From NCBI GenBank assembly GCA_950097015.1, contig CATNEN010000007.1, forward strand, positions 11,904,001 through 11,968,000: 64,000 bases of DNA, in the 5' to 3' direction. Position numbers and translations under genes: made by a program. Under the pieces are notes generated by a model, which saw only the letters and a program-made list of their open reading frames with translations, searched no databases and had not been told where the DNA came from. The DNA is from Macrostomum hystrix (Eukaryota; Animalia; Platyhelminthes). Below, piece by piece: positions 57,416 through 64,000 of this stretch. Each line of letters opens with the position of its first letter. Position 1 is the stretch's first letter.

Positions 57416-57665
57416 CATACATGCGCAACCTCCCAAATCTTAGCCGGCCATGTGACTTAGTTTTTGCTCTATTTACGACTTAGTTTGCTCTCATTTGCTC
57501 TCTTTTTCTCTCCCCTTTTTCCTTTTCTTCATGCCTTCTTTTTTTGTTGCTTGATCCCCCCTTTGATTTTTTGCGCTTGGTCAATTGGTTTTTGCGTCTT
57601 ACCTTGCTTGGCCCTCGTTTCACCCGGCTGGTTTGGCCGGGTCGGCTGGGTGTTGCGCATGTATG
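57416..57665. mobile_element. hAT-like MITE family A, copy 3
   Basis: Same TIRs as the 3025 copy, TSD AATTAGAT. Confidence 0.9.
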
Positions 57666-58137
57666 AATTAGATCACACTAGTGGTTCTTAAGATTGAAGT
57701 GAAGTTTGATACAATTAAATTACTTTTTATCAAAAAGTTATTAGAAACTTGTTATTTTAGATACAATAATGTAATAGTCCAAAGAATAACAACAAGAAAA
57801 ATCAACATAGTAATCCATGTATTAATAATGTATATTTCTCTGCTTTTTTAACTGGACAAATAAATATTATCTGACTATTTGTCTAGTTAACCAGATAAAT
57901 ATCCAAAATTGCTATACAGGACCAATAACAACCCATACCAGCTCAACTATTTTTAGCCCAACTAGGATAGTTTGTATGTATTTAGACAATTTAGTTTACA
58001 GTGTAATGTTTGTAATGTATTTAGTTTTTAAGAATGTGTGTTTTTGTAATTGTTGATATTATGTCAGTAGGCCTACTAGGGAATAGGCTTAATCTTGGAT
58101 ACTAATATTAGGACTCAGAATTCTATTTGGTTGGAAT

Positions 58138-58790
58138 CCATAGTCAGGAAGGTGGCAGAGTGTGCGCCGGAATAAATTTTGTTGGAGGGACAATCTGTGC
58201 GCCGTCTGTGCGCCATCTGTGTGCCGTCTATGCGCTGTTTCTGTCCCCTAGCCCTGACCCTACACAGAAAAGCACCCTATGTTAACCTAAGGGTTATATG
58301 ATGTATTAATGTTACGAAATAAAATACGTTTATCATACAGTTAGGTTATCGCATTCACAGATCGCAGATCGCAGATATATATGTAATATTGAAAAAAACT
58401 GAATTGAAACGAAAGCAGTAATTGTAAGTTGTAACACAGTTCGGACAGTTGATGGGAAACAGGAAATACGAAAAATATTTACGAGTTACGACAATGATAC
58501 AACAAGATGTTCAATCATACGATTTCAAAAATTATGAACAATTTCAATATTTGAAAAATGCCGTTAGAATAACAAATATGCAATTCACGACAAATTACGA
58601 CTTCTAGGAATTTATAGTGTGTACTGCAGCTTATGGGCCAATGTGCGCCGAGACCCTTTGTGTGCGCCGCACTTGTGCGCCAATGTGTGCCGAGACCCTT
58701 TGTGTGCGCCGCGCTTGTGCGCCGATGTGCTCCGAGACCCTTTGTGTGCGCCGGAATTTTCCGCCTCAGAGGCCACCTTCCTGACTATGG
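58138..58790. mobile_element. hAT-like MITE family B, short copy (inverted relative to 39685)
   Basis: TIR CCATAGTCAGGAAGGTGGC, TSD GTTGGAAT. Lacks about 230 bp present internally in the other copy. Confidence 0.9.
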
Positions 58791-60097
58791 GTTGGAATAG
58801 GCCTATTGTTTTGACCATTGATACAATTATAAATGAAGTGAATTTGCACTGCACTATTAGTATATGCCACTTGTGACTAATACAGTGTGTACCATCAATT
58901 TAATGAAGTATTTAACTTCTTAGACCATATTTTCCCATTTTAACAAACCAAAACTGGCCCTATTGGAATAAGTTTTCAGCTACTGCATCATCACAATCTT
59001 CAATCTCTAGTTCCTCTAGTTACATGCTTCATATCCTTGCTTGGGTTCACACTGGCCTAGTGTGTGATAAGTCAAGTTATTGTATCCTGACCTAATGAGT
59101 GTGCTGGATGATGACCACAAAAATACCACTCATTCTAAATAGGAAAACTGGCAGTGGTAGCTAACTTAGAATTATTAAATTTATAATAATAGCTATTGTA
59201 TTATGTTTTATTACTTGTTTTATTGAGTTTTTTATGTCATTAGGATATATTTTTGGTAATCATTTGACTAAGTATTTTAATGATTTCTGAGATTAAAAAA
59301 GAAATACTATTCCAATTTATTGGCCTCTGAAACTGTTTAGACAATTTAAATTTCCTTTTGAATTTCCTTTATGTCCAGTTCTATTTTGTACTTAAATTTA
59401 AAAATGCTAAGTCAGCACTAGTGTTACAGAATTATATGCTAATGGTTAAGGGGCTGTAAATCGCAATGAGCTTGTCTTCTCTCATATGTGCAATTATAAT
59501 TGAATAGTACCAGATTATCTTATGTCATTAAAAATAAATAGACAATGTTTTATCACTATTTTAAATCTGTCCTTGAGTTTGGCCTATGCCAGTCCTCAGT
59601 TGACATGCCACAAATGCTCAGGCCATGTTGGAACCAATCTAAGATTCTTTAGCATCATGCCTTAGATTCGTAATGACCCGGGTAAACTACAGGAGTAACT
59701 AGGCCTTTAGCCGCCTATATAAATGCCTTGTCATCTTATTAGTACTGTATTGTCCATCAAGCACTCTTTTCATTCCACTTAGTTTCAGCCGCCCACCATA
59801 GTAATCCATTTGTTGATGTGTGCCCTTGTTCTCACCCTCAGTCGAAAACGCTGTCTATGTTCCATGCCACTGGGCATTTGTTTTGCGGACCTCTCTTGCG
59901 ATTCAATCGAAAGAATCGCGCGCAGAATAAAACATGAGCGGAGCCCCCTCCTAGCAATTTGTGCATCTCACTTTAAGACGATCTGAAACCTCAACGAGTG
60001 GTCTTCAATACGTAACATACTGTATACAGTTGTGCGCGATGGCCTTACCATCATTCCAGCTGGGCCAGTGGAGTCCTAGGGGCCTACCAGCAGCAGA

Positions 60098-61835
60098 ATG
60101 AGCTCAGGCACGGACTGGGTTCGCGTATTCTTCACAGCCTCGGACTACAGCACCGTGCACTGCCACCCGGACCTCACCTGTCGGGAGCTGGTCGAGAAGA
60201 TCCTTTCTAAACGCTTCCCGGAGACGCCGGACATTGTGAGGCACTACTGGATTAGCACGGAGCGGCGAAACGGCGCCATGGTGTGCCCCAATCTCACCTA
60301 CTCCGAGGCCTGCGTTGTCTACGGCGGCCGCATCGCCGCCTTCTACCTGAAGCTGCGCTGGCTGCCGGCCTGCAGTCAGCGGGACCTGGCCGCTCTAGAA
60401 CTCAAACTGCTCGAGTTCATCTACAAGCAGGCCAAGGAGGAGCACCTGCTCAGCGTGTCCACCGCGCAGGGGGGCCTCCGACTTGGCGTCATCAACATCG
60501 CGCTGAACCAGGAGCGGCCGCAGACAGCCAGCGAAAGTGCCATCAAGCGGGCCGCCGCGGCCGAGAGCAAAGCCATCTATAAGGGCGCCGCTCACGGGCA
60601 TCACATGTTTCCCCAGGTTGTGCTGACCGACGTCAAGCCTAAGATTCTGCGACGGTACACAGCTGACAGCCTGTGCGACCTGTGGCGCAGGTCAGAGCTC
60701 AGCTGATGATTTGATGGGCGTCCCCGCGCTGTGCGCTGCTTTCACTTGCTGTTTTAACAGTCCGGGCAATTTGCCAAGCTAGAAGGAATAATAATAATAA
60801 TATTTGCAGGTTAGCTGTGGGCACTGCCACATTATTAGGCAGTGTACAATTTTACAGATTTTGGAAGTTAATCCTCAGTGGCGTAAATAGCACGACAAGG
60901 CCCGAGGTCTTCTCTCCGCGGCTGCGCCACAATTAAGCGTGGCCTTACCGCCGAATCGAGCTCTGGGACCTTGGTGCGCAAACGCGTTAGACCGCTCTGG
61001 CACTCACCTCGACAGTTTATTTAGAGTGTCATTCTCTAAATATAATCACGGGTCACTAAATCTGTTGTGCGTAGCGGCGCTAGGCAAAGGCTGGAGTTGG
61101 TTCCATCGGCCCTCCTTCTGTTGACTCAGACTGGTCAAAAGCCAAAATAGTCTGCAAATGCAGCAGAAGTAGAAATTACACACTAAAGAAATACACCTGG
61201 GCTAAGTAGGGTGCGCACAGGGTCACAGCCTGATCCTTCCCCTTCTCGCAGATCACGCTCTACTCTGCTGGCCGAGTGGTTCTGCCTGATGCTGTCCGAA
61301 CTGCCGGCCGCCTTCCTGCCGTCCGTGCCCTGCCGGGTGCTGCTTGGCGCTCGCGCCGACGCCCGCCTGGCCATCACGCGCGACGGCGACATCCGACTCG
61401 AGCTGCGCGACTCCGCGCCGATCAGCGTCGGCCGAGTGCAGAGCCTGGCCAGCCTGGAGCTGTGCAAGAGCCCGGAGGACAGCGGCGTCTCCCTCACCAT
61501 CGCCTTCCAGCCGCCGCTAGCGTCCCTGACTGTGGTGCTGGACAGCTCCAGGCGGGCTGACGCACTCCTCCACCTGCTGCTCGATGCCGCCCACCTGTCC
61601 GGTTGCCCTGAGGCCGCCGTCACCGCCATGCACCCGGCGCACAGGTGAGGCCATCGGCAAAAAATTTTTACTCCAGTTTCAAAGAAGTTCAGAAAATGAT
61701 TGAAGTTCACAAGCACTGATGATGATCCAACAGGTGCCAGCGTCTGCTTGAATGCGGCCCCGACTCTGACTACTCAGACCTGCAGCCGCCTCCTTCTGAA
61801 GCCGGCGGAGGCGCTGCCACGGGAGCTGGCGGATG
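60098..61835 (+). CDS. FAK/PYK2-type FERM-domain protein, 5' part (probably continues past the window)
   Basis: Exons 60098-60690, 61252-61644 and probably 61786-61835. Motifs LKLRWLP, LEFIYKQAKEEHL, LRLGVINI, FPQVVLTDVKPKILRR, LAITRDGDI and LTVVLDSSRRADALLHLL align with the FAK FERM motifs LRIRYLP, LNFFYQQVKSDYM, LKLGCLEI, FPKSLLDSVKAKTLRK, LAIGPEEGI and LTVTAPSLTIAENMADLI. No kinase domain is visible here. Confidence 0.75.
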
Positions 61836-61884
61836 GTAGGTGCCTTTGACTCATTGCCACCCATAGATCATGGATGACTGATTG

Positions 61885-64000
61885 ATTGACCCATCCTTGA
61901 GTCATTGACTGACCCATCCTTGACTCACTGGTTGACCCATCCTTGACTCACTGATTTACCCATCCTTGACTCACTGATCGACCCATGCTTGACTCACTGG
62001 TTGATACATCCTTGAGTCACTGGTTGACCCATCCTTGACTCACTGATTTACCCATCCTTGACTCACTGATTTATCCATCCTTGACTCACTGGTTGACACA
62101 TCCTTGGCTCACTGATCGACCCATGCTTGACTCACTGGTTGATACATCCTTGACTCACTGGTTGACCCATCCTTGACTCACTGATCGACCCATGCTTGAC
62201 TCACTGGTTGACCCATCCTTGACTCACTGATTTACCCATCCTTGACTCACTGATTTATCCATCCTTGACTCACTGGTTGATCCATCCTTGACTCACTGAT
62301 TGACCCATGCTTGACTCACTGGTTGATACATCCTTGACTCACTGGTTGATCCATCCTTGACTCACTGGTTGATCCATCCTTGACTCACTGATTGACCCAT
62401 GCTTGACTCACTGGTTGATACATCCTTGACTCACTGGTTGACCCATCCTTGACTCACTGATCGACCCATGCTTGACTCACTGATTTACACATCCTTGACT
62501 CACTGATCGACCCATGCTTGACTCACTGGTTGATACATCCTTGACTCACTGGTTGACCCATCCTTGACTCACTGATTTACCCATCCTTGACTCACTGATT
62601 TATCCATCCTTGACTCACTGGTTGACACATCCTTGGCTCACTGATCGACCCATGCTTGACTCACTGGTTGATACATCCTTGACTCACTGGTTGACCCATC
62701 CTTGACTCACTGATTTACCCATCCTTGACTCACTGATTTATCCATCCTTGACTCACTGGTTGATCCATCCTTGACTCACTGATTGACCCATGCTTGACTC
62801 ACTGGTTGATACATCCTTGACTCACTGGTTGACCCATCCTTGACTCACTGATCGACCCATGCTTGACTCACTGGTTGATACATCCTTGAGTCACTGGTTG
62901 ACCCATCCTTGACTCACTGATTTACCCATCCTTGACTCACTGATTTATCCATCCTTGACTCACTGGTTGACACATCCTTGGCTCACTGATTTATCCATCC
63001 TTGACTCACTGGTTGACACATCCTTGGCTCACTGATCGACCCATGCTTGACTCACTGGTTGATACATCCTTGACTCACTGGTTGACCCATCCTTGACTCA
63101 CTGATCGACCCATGCTTGACTCACTGGTTGACCCATCCTTGACTCACTGATTTACCCATCCTTGACTCACTGATTTATCCATCCTTGACTCACTGATTTA
63201 TCCATCCTTGACTCACTGGTTGATACATCCTTGACTCGCTGGTTGACCCATCCTTGACTCACTGATTTACCCATCCTTGACTCACTGATTTATCCATCCT
63301 TGACTCACTGGTTGACCCATCCTTGACTCACTGATTTACCCATCCTTGACTCACTGATTTATCCATCCTTGACTCACTGGTTGACCCATCCTTGACTCAC
63401 TGATTTACCCATCCTTGACTCACTGATTTATCCATCCTTGACTCACTGATCGACCCATGCTTGACTCACTGGTTGATACATCCTTGACTCACTGGTTGAC
63501 CCATCCTTGACTCACTGATTTACCCATCCTTGACTCACTGATTTATCCATCCTTGACTCACTGGTTGATCCATCCTTGACTCACTGATTGACCCATGCTT
63601 GACTCACTGGTTGATACATCCTTGACTCACTGGTTGATCCATCCTTGACTCACTGGTTGATCCATCCTTGACTCACTGATTGACCCATGCTTGACTCACT
63701 GGTTGATACATCCTTGACTCACTGGTTGACCCATCCTTGACTCACTGATCGACCCATGCTTGACTCACTGATTTACACATCCTTGACTCACTGATCGACC
63801 CATGCTTGACTCACTGGTTGATACTTCCTTGACTCACTGGTTGACCCATCCTTGACTCACTGATTTACCCATCCTTGACTCACTGATTTATCCATCCTTG
63901 ACTCACTGGTTGACACATCCTTGGCTCACTGATCGACCCATGCTTGACTCACTGGTTGATACATCCTTGACTCACTGGTTGACCCATCCTTGACTCACTG
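61885..64000. repeat. 23-bp minisatellite CCATCCTTGACTCACTGGTTGAC (over 2 kb, runs off the window)
   Basis: Tandem periodicity with recurring variant units. Confidence 0.97.

Overview
This is eukaryotic (animal) genomic DNA: GC-rich exons, short introns and a different minisatellite in many introns. The style fits a free-living flatworm such as Macrostomum, but that is inference only. Spliced genes reconstructed by hand: golgin-97/GOLGA1 (GRIP domain, +), a KChIP/NCS EF-hand protein (+), two tandem paralogues of an uncharacterised C14orf93/DUF4616-like family (-), CEP72 (+) and the 5' part of a FAK/PYK2-type FERM gene (+). Two ORFs are single-exon: a SCAF4/8-like RRM gene lacking a CID (-) and an 1144-aa unknown ORF (-). 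The main discovery is in the second C14orf93-like paralogue (21987-26005, -). It carries seven tandem homologous cassette exons, five of them exactly 107 nt and all phase 1->0. These look like a Dscam-style mutually exclusive array swapping one basic/aromatic helix, with candidate docking/selector complementary sequences in the introns. The neighbouring paralogue has one exon at that position. The window also holds five families of 8-bp-TSD (hAT-like) MITEs, including 56-bp and 66-bp minimal ones. Other mobile DNA: a triple-nested MULE>hAT>hAT insertion, two tRNA-derived SINEs, a TTAA element and a decayed RNase H fragment.
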